Positions 13,511 through 26,399 of a stretch of DNA of 64,000 nucleotides are shown piece after piece (positions within the stretch are counted from its first letter, which is position 1; each line of letters begins with the position of its first letter). Below the pieces are notes generated by a model. It was not told the origin of the DNA. It saw nothing but the letters and a program-made list of their open reading frames with translations, and ran no database searches. This stretch comes from Callorhinchus milii (taxonomy: Eukaryota). The stretch lies in contig NW_024704742.1 of NCBI RefSeq assembly GCF_018977255.1, forward strand, positions 17,238,001 through 17,302,000, given 5' to 3'. A program made the position numbers and the translations under genes.

Positions 13511-14719
13511 ATTTATTTACTATTACCCCTGCACGGTTGTTTTGACTTTAACAACTGGTTAAATCCTATTGCACCAATTTGCTATTTGTTATTGGACATT
13601 TGCCCCCATCGAGGTACCTTTTTATTGAGCGGGATCGTGAATGTTGAATTACTTTACGTATTAGTATTAATTATGACACACGTTTCACTGCCATTGAATG
13701 ACCTTGTGTCAGTGGGTAAGGCATTGACACCCATATTTGGTATTGATTATGATGTAAGTTGAAACTGCCTTATAGTTATGTTCCTCACCTTGTGTACCTT
13801 TTGGACATTCACCACTCATTGAATGTAATTTCCCTGACACTGCTTTCATGTCACATAAGGTCAAATTAATCACATTTTCCACCAGTCTCTGTTAAGTTTT
13901 CTCTATACACCATTCACTTCTCTTCTGCTTGACTAGATGCATCTCCACCCCTCCAATCCAGAGGAAGTGGAGGTTGGTGCCTTGACGTGTACAGGAGACA
14001 AGCATTAGGCAATCACTGGCCCATTCGCTCAAACTTCCCCACAACACAAACAGGAGTATCTTTTCCTTGCCAGCACTAGCCTTCAATATTATAAACTCAT
14101 CCAAGCATAGCTATTCTGTCCCAGAACTCAACACCTTACACCAGAACCAGCCATACTGAACCCAACACACCACACCTTGCACCAATGACCCTACCCCTTT
14201 TGTTTGGTCAGCCAGGTGTCCGACACATGTGGAAACCCATGGGTCTGTCTCGAGCAGACGAGGTCAGAGGCCACTAAAGCCAGTTGACAAACAGTTTTAA
14301 CCATTTTTGTTTTGTAGAATATCTTTCAATCAGCACTACCATCCTCACAGCATCTCACAAACATTATACATTTTTTTTAAAAAAAGCTCCTAATAAAACA
14401 AAAGTTTGATATGCTCCTTTGGTTCATCTAGTAACCATGCCAGCCAGTTACGTTAGTGAATGCCTTTTCTATTCAATATTTTGGGGATATAATCTATAAT
14501 TGCCTCTTAAACTTACATCATTGCACCACATATCTATTTACATTGAGGTCTAGCTAACAAACACTTGGCTAATTTTCTGCAGGTCAGCCATTAAATTATC
14601 TAAAGACAACTGGTCAAAGTGCTCAGGAAAGGCTTATACTATATTTTCATCCCAAAGTACATCATGTCAAAAGAATTATGGTCAGGAATGTTGAGTTGGA
14701 CCACATTCTTGATGGAGAA

Positions 14720-15150
14720 ACACTCAGCAGGATTAATGAGCAAAGAGACCTAGATCTAGATTCAAGTTCATAAGTCTTTAAAAAGTATGCACAAGTGCAG
14801 AAGGTAATTAAAAAGGTAATTGATGTATGGTTGCAGGCCTGGAATAAAAAGTCAAGAAGTGATGGTCACAGTTGTTTAAAACGCTGGTCAGACTTCATTT
14901 GGAGTTTTGTGTGCAGTTTTGACCACCAAACTTTAGGAAGGATATTTTGATCTTAGAGTGTGCAGCGTTGATTTTCTAGAATTAGTTGAAAAATCTCAAA
15001 GGCAGAGAGATAAATACTTGATAGGCAGGGTATTAAGGGATATGGAGAGAGCGTGAGCAGGTGAAATTGAGTTGTGGATCGGCCACAATCTTGGAAAATG
15101 GTGGACAGGCTTCATGGGCCGAATGGCCTACTCCTGTTCTTATGTTCTTA
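14720..15150 (+). mobile_element. CR1 LINE 3' remnant, decayed and internally deleted
   Basis: CR1-type ORF2 C-terminal remnant (FKTLVRLHLEFCVQF) and 3' end GGGCCGAATGGCCTACTCCTGTTCTTATGTTCTTAT. Confidence 0.75.
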
Positions 15151-16434
15151 TCCGCTCTCAGCCCCGATCAATAAATTACGAATCATGAATTTTCACTGAA
15201 AACAATATCGGGCGCTTGTTCATCACCTTCTGAAACAAAGACTCCCTGGATTCAGCAGATAATTATATTTCTTCCCAATATTTGCACCAAGGCTATCAGT
15301 ACCAATGGAAAGCCTTGCACGCTAAGTGACATCTAATTGGAAAAAAGCTACTGAGGATTTGATGTACACGACTGATGTGGAAGGCAAGATAATGTGTGGA
15401 GCTTTAAGGGACTTAAATACTTATCAATCTTTCATTGCCTCAACAATTCTTTTCTTTTTTTATTTAAAAATAGGAATTACATACAACAGAAGAGTGCTTT
15501 ATACAGAGTAACAGATATTCTATATATTGAATTTATTCTTTAAATCGCCTCTCCATTACAACTTTTTCTGTTTGTCACAATTTCATTCAATACAGCACTA
15601 AAATACTATAATAATAATCCTTGCTTTTGATATAGCGCCTTATCACGTCGTTGAGATGTCTCAAAGCGCTTCACAGAATATATTCTAAAGTGGATTGACT
15701 GTATATTTTGTAGGCGAAACATAGATTGTAGATCGACATAAGCCATATCTTTGTGGGATGAGAAATGGTGTGCAAGAACAGCACTATTCAGAGTAGTGAA
15801 ACCAGTCAGTAAACATCAAACACTTACAACCCACTGGAATTTTTTAAAAAAGATGATTTTAAGTATACCAAAAAATCAAGGACTAAAATATACTTTTAAA
15901 TGCGAAAGCGGAATCACTCATAAGAAGTAATTTTTAAAATCAGCAAATAATTATTTGTTCAGATCAGTAAATACAGGAGCATAATTATATTATTATATCA
16001 CTACTGTTAAGCTGCAAAATACACAGTCGCAGTAAATCCTGTGAAGCGCTTCAAAACATTTTCCTGACGTCAAAGGCTCTATATGAAATGTAACAATTAT
16101 TGTTATGGTCGTGCTTGTTCCTCTCATGCTCTAAATATGGCATTTCCACACACTCTTTCTCCTCCTAGCACTCACCATGTTGGAATCAATACTGATTCGC
16201 AACTTCTCGTACTTCAATTCATTCTGTCCCTGGATCTCAAGACAGTGGAAATCTTTCACTTCCTCACAAGCACTGGAGCCTCTTGTCATCTGCCAGTAAT
16301 TGGTGGAAGGGGAACAATCATCTTTCAAAGCCTGAAGAACACCATCACACATCACTCCTCTATCCGCTCAAACTGTTAAAACTAAAGAAAAATATCCTGT
16401 GGAAAGGTATCTATTGAAATAAGACAAGTCTTAG

Positions 16435-16850
16435 CTGTCAGCCTGGCTCAGTTGGTAGCACTCTCGCCCCTGAGTCAGGGGTCGTTGGTTCTAGTCATAC
16501 AAGTGGTCTTTGAGCTCCTGGTATAAGCTTAGTATAAGCTAAAAGAGAGCTTCCTTGTCAGAGATTTGTCCTTTGAATGAGAATTTGCCTGTCATTAGGG
16601 GCACGATGAAAAGGGAAGGAAGTTTCTTCCTGTGTCCTGGCCAACAACTCCCCAAGTAAATTGCTCATTCATTTCATGGCAGTTCATGGAACACTGCTGT
16701 GTACAAATTGGCTGCTGTGCTTGCCTATAAATATTTAGTCACTACACTTTACAGCAGTTTCCGTAATGTAAGGAAATGTAAGGATTATATATTACCTGTG
16801 AAGATTTTTGATGTCGTAGATGCTATATCAAATGCAAGTATTAGTATTTA
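16435..16850 (+). mobile_element. Older tRNA-derived Deu-domain SINE
   Basis: TGGCTCAGTTGGTAGCACTCTCGCC head, GCTGTGTACAAATTGGCTGCTG core, GCTATATCAAATGCAAG tail. Confidence 0.7.
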
Positions 16851-18199
16851 TTATAAGTCATAAGCTGCTAGAATCATCAATTGGTTCCTCTATAAATCTT
16901 TCCCGTACCAATCTTACTCTGAAGCACATTTTATAAATCAGTTCTCATTCTACAATTATTTCATAGTATTTATTAAGAATATGGAGCGTTTGCTGGTTGG
17001 AAAATATAATTTGGAAAGATCAATTCCTCAAAAAATTGTTCTTTTTGTAAACCAACTCTGTAGTCGTGGAGAAGGGGGTAAGGAGGAAAAAATTATTTTA
17101 AGCACCTGCCTTCTGCATACTTTAATGTCAGCTCTAGGCAATGGCAAACAGTGAATGTTTAACCCAAGCATTGAACCGCATTGAATTTGGGGGTGATTCT
17201 AGTCTGGTGCATAAAGGGCACATTGAAACATTCATATGAAGTACTCTCAACATGAATTCCTTATAAAAGAAGTTTAAAAGACATTTAACCTCTACCAACA
17301 ATTAGCCAGTATTTGGGGCAGGAAGTTACTGGCTCTTCCTGAAAGCAAGTCTGCCCCAGGCTGTCTAACATGAGGACAACTTTAACATCTTCCAGTGTTA
17401 TGGTGCAGGCATTTTATCCATTGCATTTTCTAATTTTTAAGGATGTTAACTGAAATCAGGCTTCACCTGACTAGTTACAAAGTTTGCAGATATTGGGGTG
17501 TAAAATGCAATATTCACAAATTTGGTTTGTAACTAAATTGTAACTTAATTTGCTATTTTTCCAGCTAATGACGAATTTACCGGTAAATTTGGCCAGTAAA
17601 TTTATATCGGCATTTTACTCAGAGACCTTTCTTTAGACTTGATCGACCTGGGTCTGTCAGCTGGGAATTTTGCAATCTGACATTTGAAACCAGAAGCTGA
17701 AACTTTAATGCAACAATTTTCCCATTGAGCTTTATATTGTATGGCGCTAACATCACTGGTTGCTGGATAACAATACTATTTGTGGATTTAATTGTCAGTA
17801 ATCAGATGTTCTCTGTGAGTTTGCCTTACATAGTTTGTGACATCAGGCACTCTCAGGGCAATTCATTCATCTTTTCAGGTGGAAATGTTTAAACATTAAT
17901 CACGAATGAAGAGTTACACTACACTTACAAATACGCCAGGGCTGTTGGTTCAGGGCTGTGAAAGGCAATTTCAGGACAGGCAAGAGGAAGCAATTTATAC
18001 ATAGAGAGTAATTAACAGATGGAACGGTTTAGCAAGAAAGGTTTTCACTTGCAGCTTGAAAGATTATATCATTGAGTTTCATAACAATGGGACTTATGTT
18101 TGTTTCAGGTAAAGTATATTTACTAACCTAAATTTTCTAGGCAAGTAAGTTTCTCCCAGTGTCCTGGCCAACAATCCGTCAAATAAAATTGGTAATTCA

Positions 18200-18432
18200 C
18201 TCTGTGGCAGTTTGTGTGAGTATGAGTGCATTGGAGTTCTGGATTAACTGGATTTTGTGGATCGTGGAGCTGGGGAGACCGGCAAGGAGGGTATTGGAGT
18301 AGTCAAGGCGGGAGGTGGCAATCGCACAGATGAGGGTTTTGGCTGAGTTTGGGATCGGAGGCGGGCAATGTGACAGAGGTGGAAGAAAGGGGCCCTGGTC
18401 AGGGATCAGATGTGGGGTAGGAAGGACAGCTG
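18200..18432 (-). mobile_element. L2 fragment
   Basis: TSRLDYSNTLLAGLPSSTIHKIQLIQN. Confidence 0.8.
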
Positions 18433-19399
18433 TAAAATAAATATCAACCCAAACAGGCAGACAGAACTTCAATTTAAGTTCCCATCCCAAAGCACGGCAC
18501 CTCCAAGAATTCAGTGATCTCTCAGTACTTCACAAGACTGAGCTCAAGTCCAGAGTGTGGGAAATAAAACAAAAACAAGGTACATTTCATAAAATATTTA
18601 AATATTGCAATGGGACGTGATGTCATTTGCAACTTTTAAATATTCATCAGAAGAAGCGACAATTTGGAATATTTAACCACATTTGTTTAAAACGCACTCC
18701 TTGGACTGCAGTAGCATAAAGACAAGAGGCAATGTGATCTGTGTACATATAATCTGATTCTCCCCACCCCCACCAATCCTCCACCCAGCTCCCAAAGATC
18801 ACAGAAGAAAGATCCAGCAATGAAAAACAGAGCAGAACAGTATGATCTCAAGGAGTATAACTCCCTAGTATTCAGATTCATTATTACAATGTTTCTGGAA
18901 GATTTTACCAATTAAGGTTCTTAATTTGGGTTGTTAACATAGGATGTATAAATAAGCTGTATAAAGAAGCTTAATATCAAGTCACAGGAACTTTAAAAAG
19001 CTTCAAGTCATCCTTTAAATCACAATTTACAAGACAAGTCAAACATTAGCGTTGCCAACTTTGGAGATTAATTATTAATTATCAACAAAGCCACAGTTTA
19101 AACTAAAATCTCCAATAGAATTTTTAGTTCACATGATACCAGGGGAGGTCCAGAACAAATGTGTTTCAGGCACTTTATTCAGGCTCTAGCTCTATGAGGC
19201 TCGCTCGCTAATCCCTGTGAAACCACCTTCTCTCTGGAATTCTCACCCCAAATCACTGCAGCTCGCCACCTCTCTCTCTCTGGGATGCTTTTCCCAGATG
19301 CCTGCACCTCACCAACTCTCTCTCTGGAATTCTCTCCCCAAATCCCTCCACTTCACTACCTCTCTCTGGAACCTTCTCCCAAAATCCTTCAACCTTGCC

Positions 19400-20115
19400 A
19401 CCTAATCTGTGGATACCTCACCCCTCACGCTGCTGAAACCCTGGTTCACGCCTTTGTCACCTCAAGGCTGGACTACGGGAACTCTCTCCTCGCCGGCCTT
19501 CCCGCCACCTCCCTCCACAAGCTGCAGGTCATTCAGAACTCTGCAGCTCGTGTACTGTCCCGCACCAGGCTTCGGGACCACATCACTCCCACCCTCGCTC
19601 GCCTCCACTGGCTCCCCATCCCCCAGAGGATCGAATTCAAGATCCTCATCCTCACCTACAAGGCCATTCACGGCCTTGCTCCCTCCTACCTCTCCAACCT
19701 ACTATCCCCCTACCTACCTGCCCGTACCCTCCGTTCCTCTGGCTCCGGTCTGCTCCACGTCCCCCGCCCCAACCGCCCTACCATCGGTGGTCGGGCTTTC
19801 AGCCTCTCAGCCCCCAGGCTCTGGAACTCCATCCCCCAGTGCCTTCGCCGCCTCCTCCCTTTCCTCCTTCAAGGCCGGTCTCAAAACCTTTCTCTTTGAC
19901 CGTGCCTTCAGCTCCCCTCTCGACTCTCTTCCCCCTCCTCGCTCCCTCCCTTCCCTCCCCTCACCCTGACCATTTCCCCCCTCCTCGCTCCCTCCCTTCC
20001 CTCCCCTCACCCTGACCATTTCCACCCTGCTCGGGTCATGACCCAACTGTGCAGCGCCTTGGGACGTCCTCCTGACGTGAAAGGCGCTTTATAAATGGAA
20101 TCTTGTTGTTGTTGA
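19400..20115 (+). mobile_element. Young L2 3' fragment
   Basis: Near-intact LVHAFVTSRLDYGNSLLAGLP...LHWLPIPQRIEFK...GGRAFS; 3' stem-loop and (TTG)n; ~45-bp tandem duplication in its 3' UTR (~19929-20022). Confidence 0.93.
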
Positions 20116-21899
20116 TACTCTACCCAAATCCTTCCATCTCGCTCACTCACTCTGTTTTCAAAACCCTTACTAAAAATCTCTCTTGTCGACCTTGCTCAAG
20201 CTCCCACTCCGTTTCTGTAAAGGACTTTTAGGCCTTTTCCTGTGTTACATTTGTTAATCAAGTGTAAGTTTTTAATCGATTATGGGCAAACAAATCTCCA
20301 GGCTTGATAACCGAAACTCTTCCTCAGGCAAAATGAATGAAGAAGCAATAAAAGTACATTATTAATCCTATTACAAAAGGCTTTTGCAACCATTAGCTAT
20401 CGTTTGTATTAGACTGATGAATTCTGTGTGGTACTTACAGTAATTGGTGTGAATCAATGGAGATAATTTTGATTCACAGGCACTTATGTAAAACTGTATT
20501 TTTTCAAAATATTCAGTAATCTTGCAAATGTTGTGAAGCCTGTTCATTTTATAGAGGCCATAATGAACTCAAGTTCATATAAACAACAATTGACCTGAGT
20601 GCCTCCAGGCTATGGAGGAGAAACAAAACATATCACCAGTGCACCTGATCACAATCCAATGACCTTGGCTGAAATCTGGGTTAGGGACATAAGGTCGGAA
20701 GGATCTTATTTATAATAATCCCTGCGTTAGGTATGCACTTTATCGTGGCATTGAGATGTTTCAAAGCGCTTCACAGAGTTTACAGTAAATTATACTGACT
20801 TGGTATTTGTAGACAAGCCAATTTACACAATAATGATCTCCAAACAGCCATGAAGCCAATGAACAATTTTATTTGGAAGGATTTCTTGACCAGGACACCA
20901 GGAGAAATTCCTTTCTCTTTTTAAATAATACCACAGGATCTTTAACGTGCTTCTGAACAGGTAGATGGGATTGTGGTTAACGCCTCTTATGGAGGACGTA
21001 ACCTCTGACAATGCAGCTTTTCCCCCAGCACTGCATTGTATTTGCAAAGGTATTTGTAGCTAACGAATCTGGAGCACGCCCAAACCACATAACCTCCCTG
21101 TGGGAGTTCAGGAATCAATTGGCAAGTTCCAGCAGGATGGCCAATGACACTTCAGGTGTCTGCAGGATTTACTTGTTACAAATCCTTTTTCTACTCTCAC
21201 AAATCAGAGGCCAGGATTGGACTTGGCTGTGATGCCTTTCAAACGTTAAATAGCTTAATGACAGACCATTGTTGAGACTTCTAAAGAATTACCAGAGGGA
21301 CAGAAGCTAAGCCATTAGGCAACCTGTGCTGGAAATATGCTCCAGTGACAACAATTTACACTATTATAGCACCTTTCAGACTGGGAGACTGCCTCAAGGG
21401 CTTCACAAAGACTGAACACGAGTCTAGAGCAGAAGAGAATATAAGCTATGAAGTTCAGTATCGCTTGGAGTTTGTTGAGGTTGGAGTTGGGAAAAACATC
21501 AAATAGGGCATTGAAAAAGTCAAGTATAAAGGCAAGGGTGAGGGAGTGGTGGAAGTGAGCAATGCTGTGGAGATACAAAAAAGCAAATTTGATCAGAAAG
21601 CTGATGAAACGTTTGATGGGGAATGAAGGACCAAACAAAATGCTGAGGTTCCCAGAGATGGAGAGAGAAAATACAGATGATGTGCCAAAAGGCACTCTCC
21701 TGTACTGTAAATTTCTATGGTTCTACATCATCTTGCTACAATGCATTGAAACAATCATAGGATTGCAGTAGATATTGCAAACAATGCATTGACAGTCAAC
21801 AAAAAGCAACAGCACATCCTACCTATCTAGTCACTCATTTTTGGTGTTGGTTTTAATAGAAAAACCTGTGTTTAACTGTGAACCACCAAAGGGTTAAAA

Positions 21900-23050
21900 C
21901 AACAACAATAAGAAAATTACATTTATATAGCGGCTTTCACGTCGGGAGGACGGCCCAAGGTGCTGGACAATCAGTGTTTCGGACCCGAACTGGGGGTCGG
22001 GATTGGGGAGGGTGGAGGGCAAGGGGGGAAGGAGGGCGACCGAAGCCATGGTCAAAGAGAAGGATCTTGAGATGGGTCTTGAAGGAGACAAGGGAGGGAG
22101 GGAGGCAGAGAGGCTGTGGGATGGTGTTGCAGAGAGTGGGGCCAGAGTAGCTGAAGACCCAGCCGCCAATGGTGGGGCGGGCGAGACATGGGACATGGAG
22201 CAGGTCTGAGCCCGCTGAGTGGAGTGAGCAGACAGTTTGGTAGGGGGTTAGGAGGTCGCAGAGATAGGGGAAGCAAGGCCATGGAGGGCTTTGAAGGTGA
22301 GGATCGGGATCCTGAACTGTATCCTCTGTGTGATGGGAAGCCAGTGGAGTGGGGCAAAGATGGGGGTGATAGAGTCGTGGAGAGGTGTTGGAAAGGACAC
22401 AGGCCACGAAGTTCTGGATGATCTGCAACCTCTGGAGAGAGGATTTGATGAGGCGGATAAGCAGCGACTTCGCGTAGTCGAGCCTGGATGTTATGAATGC
22501 GTGTATGAGGGTCTCGCTGGTCTGCGATGTGAGACAGTGGCGGAGCCGGGCGATGTTGCGGATGTGGGGAAAGGCAGAGCGGATCATGGCATGGATCTGG
22601 GGTAGAAAGGATAGTTGAGGTCAAACAAGACCCCAAGGTTCCGGACTGGCTTAGTAAGGTGGAGTGTGTAACCATGGACGGTGATGCTGTCAGTGCCTGA
22701 GGTGTGGAGGTGCTGACGGGAGCCAATCAGGAGAGCCTCGGTCTTGTTGGCGTTCAACTGTAGAAAGTTAGCTCTCATCCAGGACTTGATGTCTGACAGA
22801 CATTCTGTGAGGATAACAATGGTCCTGGAGTCGAGGGTGGAGGTAGAGAGATAGAGTTGGGTGTTATCTGCGTACATGTGGAAGTTGACCCCATGTCTGC
22901 GGATGATGTCACCAAGAGGGAGCGTATAGATACTGAAGAGGAGGGGAGCGAGGACAGAGTCCTGAGGAAACCCGCACAAGACGGTGCAGGGGCTAGAGGA
23001 GTAGCCATTTGAGGAAGTAAAGTGGAGACGGTGTGAGAGGTAGGAACATG
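21900..23050 (-). mobile_element. L2 LINE, RT C-terminal part and 3' end
   Basis: GFPQDSVLAP, HMYADNTQLY, WMRANFLQLN, SRLDY; tail near 21900. Confidence 0.92.
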
Positions 23051-24037
23051 CCCAGGTCTAAAATTCTACATTGTGTGATTAACAAATATGTACAATGACA
23101 GGTACGAGTTTATAGCACACTAACTGATAGCTATTTATACTGGACGATCCAAATTCCATACAGCACATGAAGCTTTAAAGCCATAATCCGCCTTCAGTAA
23201 TCTGCCAGTCATCATCTTGTGAAGGAAGAAGCTGATTGCACCAAGTACAACACAATCAAATGAAATTTATGTCATTGACGTATCCACAGAGTTCATGTGA
23301 CGAAAGCTAACGTCACATCATGCTCCTGAGCAAAGAATAATTCAGAGCACCTTTGGACCGCAGCCTGTAAATAACATCCAGGCTGGATATCATTGGCTGG
23401 CTGTGCTACGATTAAAACCTTTTGTGCAAAGTCAAAAATAAACAGGAGATTCAATTGAAAAACAAGACAGAGATATGAGCATTTAGAGTGCATTTGTAAT
23501 TGTGAAGGGCAGCATCTGTGTGACGGCCAAGCTGGCTGCATCAAAGGCAGCTATATTGATTCTGCTAGGAGAATCCAGGCTGAACGTCTGATCTGTTATT
23601 CATTAAAAACAGTCACAAAGGAAAATCACCTCAAATAAATTCTCTGGAGACCTGTGTCTTGCTTGACCACTCAGGCGATGACAACAAAACGCAATAGCAC
23701 AGGAAAACAGTCTTCCAGCAGGCTGGGGATGTCATTTTGCTTTCATTAGTTATCTTTCCATGGTAATATTTAACATATCTCAGCTACGAGCTTCCTCATT
23801 AAAATCAATAATTGAAGGTAAAAATAGAAACAGGGCCCACTGTGCTCCTGGCAAATCTAATTACCGTTACTGCTGCATAATCACAGATTTTACGCTTAAA
23901 TTAGCTTAAAAATTAAATTGGCTTGGTGTGCCTAACTGACAAATAACTTGGAAAAAGACCCTGCCAGTAGCTCCTCCCGCTCGCACAAATTCAACAAAAT
24001 GTCTGCAACCGCAATCAAAATGGCAGTCAGGCCAAGT

Positions 24038-24361
24038 GAAGTCCTGCAGCTCAGTGGTTAGAGCACTCGCTTTGCAAGCGAGAGACCCGAGTTCAATTCC
24101 AGGCAGAGGGCGAAACCTTGGGCAAGTTTCCTTACTCCACACAGAGCCTAATAATAATCCCTCCAAAACCCAAAACAATAATAAATTGGTCATTTTCAAT
24201 CCACGACTGTTTGTGGGACATTGCTGTGCGCAATTGGCTGCCGCGTTCGCCCACAAATATACAGTCAATTCACTTTACAGTGTGTTCTGTGAAGCGCTTT
24301 GGGACGTCCTCCCGACGTGAAAAGCGCTATATCAAATGCAAGGATTATTATTATTATTATT
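24038..24361 (+). mobile_element. Full-length young SINE: tRNA-Ala(TGC)-like head, Deu-like core, L2-type tail
   Basis: A box AGCTCAGTGG, anticodon arm CTCGC-TTTGCAA-GCGAG, B box GTTCAATTCC, core TGTGGGACATTGCTGTGCGCAATTGGCTGCCGCGTT, (TTA)n tail, flanking direct repeat AAGTG(A). Confidence 0.9.
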
Positions 24362-24904
24362 AAGTGAGGTGAAGGTGAGAGAATAATGTGAAGAACTTGC
24401 AAACCTTTCCTACTACATCTGACTGGACTGTATCTCTATCCTGAAGCCTCTCCAACTCCCTCCCCTCAAAACCAGCCTTAACAGTTGCCCATGAACAAGC
24501 TTTCCATTATTTCTCTTCCCCCTCCCCATCCTCTTCAGCTCCAGGCCTCGCAGGCAGCTGTGTAAAGCATTTGAAGCTGTGCTCCCCATGTGAAAATGGT
24601 TGTAAAACTGTAAAATTGTATTGTATTGTCACAAACAATAGACACAGCCATTACACTTTACAATATATCCTGTGAAGCACTGTTTAAAAAAAAGCAATGT
24701 CAGAAAAAAAATCACGATCCAATGCTAAATAAATTACTTCTTACAAATGCAATGTAAAATTAAATACTTATTATCCCCTCGCCAACACCAGCTATGGGGC
24801 AGTGCATGGACCCAAATATATGAGGTCTGCTTTTGTTGATTCTGATCACAGAGAACAGTGTTTTAGTACAACTAAAATAGGTTGACCAGCTTAACTCCCA
24901 ACTC

Positions 24905-25710
24905 TATCTATATTCAACTCTGTCGGTGACACCCAACTCTATCTCTCTGCCTCCACCCTTAATTGCAGAACTACTATCGTTCCTACTGATTGCCTGTCAG
25001 ACATCAAGCCCTGATAACAGCTATTCTTTCTCCAGGTGAATACCAACAAGACAGAGGCTTTCCTGCTTGGCTCACGTCAGCACCGTCTCACATCAGGTGC
25101 TAAAAGAATCAATCTACGTGGATGGACACTCCACCTCATGAGTCAGTGCAGAATCTTGGTTTCTCTCCTCATCGGCCTTCCCAACTCTTCCCTTCACAAG
25201 CTGCAGATCACAAGCTGCTCTTGCGCACCAGGCTCCGTGAGCCCATCACTCCCACCCTGGCCCGACTCCACTGGCTCCGCATCCCCCAGAGGATAGAGTT
25301 CAAGATCCTCATCTTCACTTTCAAGGCCTTGCCCTCTCCTACCTTTCTGACCTGCTGACTCTCTACCAACCTGCCCGCTCTCCCTCTGTTCCTTGGGCTC
25401 CAGCCTGCTCCATGTCTCCTGCTCTACCCGCCCTACCATCGGTGGCCGGGCTTTCAGCCCCTCTACCCCCACACTCTGGACCTCCATCCCACAGTCCCTT
25501 CGCCTCACTTCCTCCCTTGCCTCTTTCAAGGCCAGTCTCAAGAACCTTCTTTTCGATCGTGCTTTTGGTCGCCCTCCCACCTCCCTGCCTTCCCTCACCC
25601 CTACATCACCCCTACCCCAATGCTCGGGTCCTGACCCCTGACTGTCCAGCACTTTGGCACGTTCTCCTGACATGAAAGGCGCTCTATAAATGAAAATGTT
25701 GTTGTTGCAG
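24905..25710 (+). mobile_element. L2 3' fragment with internal deletions
   Basis: NTNKTEAFLLGS, LARLHWLRIPQRIEFK, GGRAFS; (TTG)n tail. Confidence 0.88.
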
Positions 25711-26399
25711 CTTTAAAATTATCCTTACTGAATGGAAATTTAACTTGGCAACACACAACAGTTTGTAACCCATAATGGGTGTGACCGGTATTCAGAGGAC
25801 ATAGGATTTCAAACCCGTTTAAATAATGGATTGAGTGTGTTTAGGAATTTGACAATATTGCTAAATTACCGCAATTTGATATGTGGTTTTGCGTTACATT
25901 CACTGTGACATGAATGCTGTGCTGGCCTGCCAATGGCAAACAATTTAAACTTTTATTTTAAGAACAACAACAACTTGCATTTACAATTCACCCTTCATGT
26001 AGGAATAACAACCCAGATATCGCACAGTGGTGGGGTTGGATGCCAAGCAAGAAGGGGAGGGGGAGGTGGCAATAGACAAAGGAGAAGAGGTAGGTTTTAA
26101 GGTGACGTGCAAGATAGATAGAGATGAGGCGAGGCAGAGAGATTGAGGTCGGGAGAAGATACGTGAAACATTCCTCTGCTGGGTAAACTAGCTTAACTAG
26201 GGGAACAAATACATGGAGTGTTCTTCACAAATCAAACAGATGATTAAACACTGCCACAAACATGACACTCATTCCTTATAGGTACCATCTCTAAGAACAA
26301 TGCTCATTAAACTGTGTATCGTTTTGTGAGTGTATGTGATCAAAGTGAAGAAGGTCAGTGTTTCAAAACAGAATATTTTTCCATCAATAATTGTTACAA

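Noticed and set aside
17574..17589. Perfect 16-bp palindrome AATTTACCGGTAAATT
   Set aside because: A single AT-rich palindrome of this length is plausible by chance in 64 kb, or a piece of an old repeat; no supporting structure.
23341..23365. RE1/NRSE-like site AGCACC-TTT-GGACCG; also TTCAGCACC near 8897
   Set aside because: Wrong half-site spacing or missing right half.
24041..24112. tRNA-Ala gene
   Set aside because: Imperfect acceptor stem and continuous with a SINE body and tail; several decayed copies in the window.
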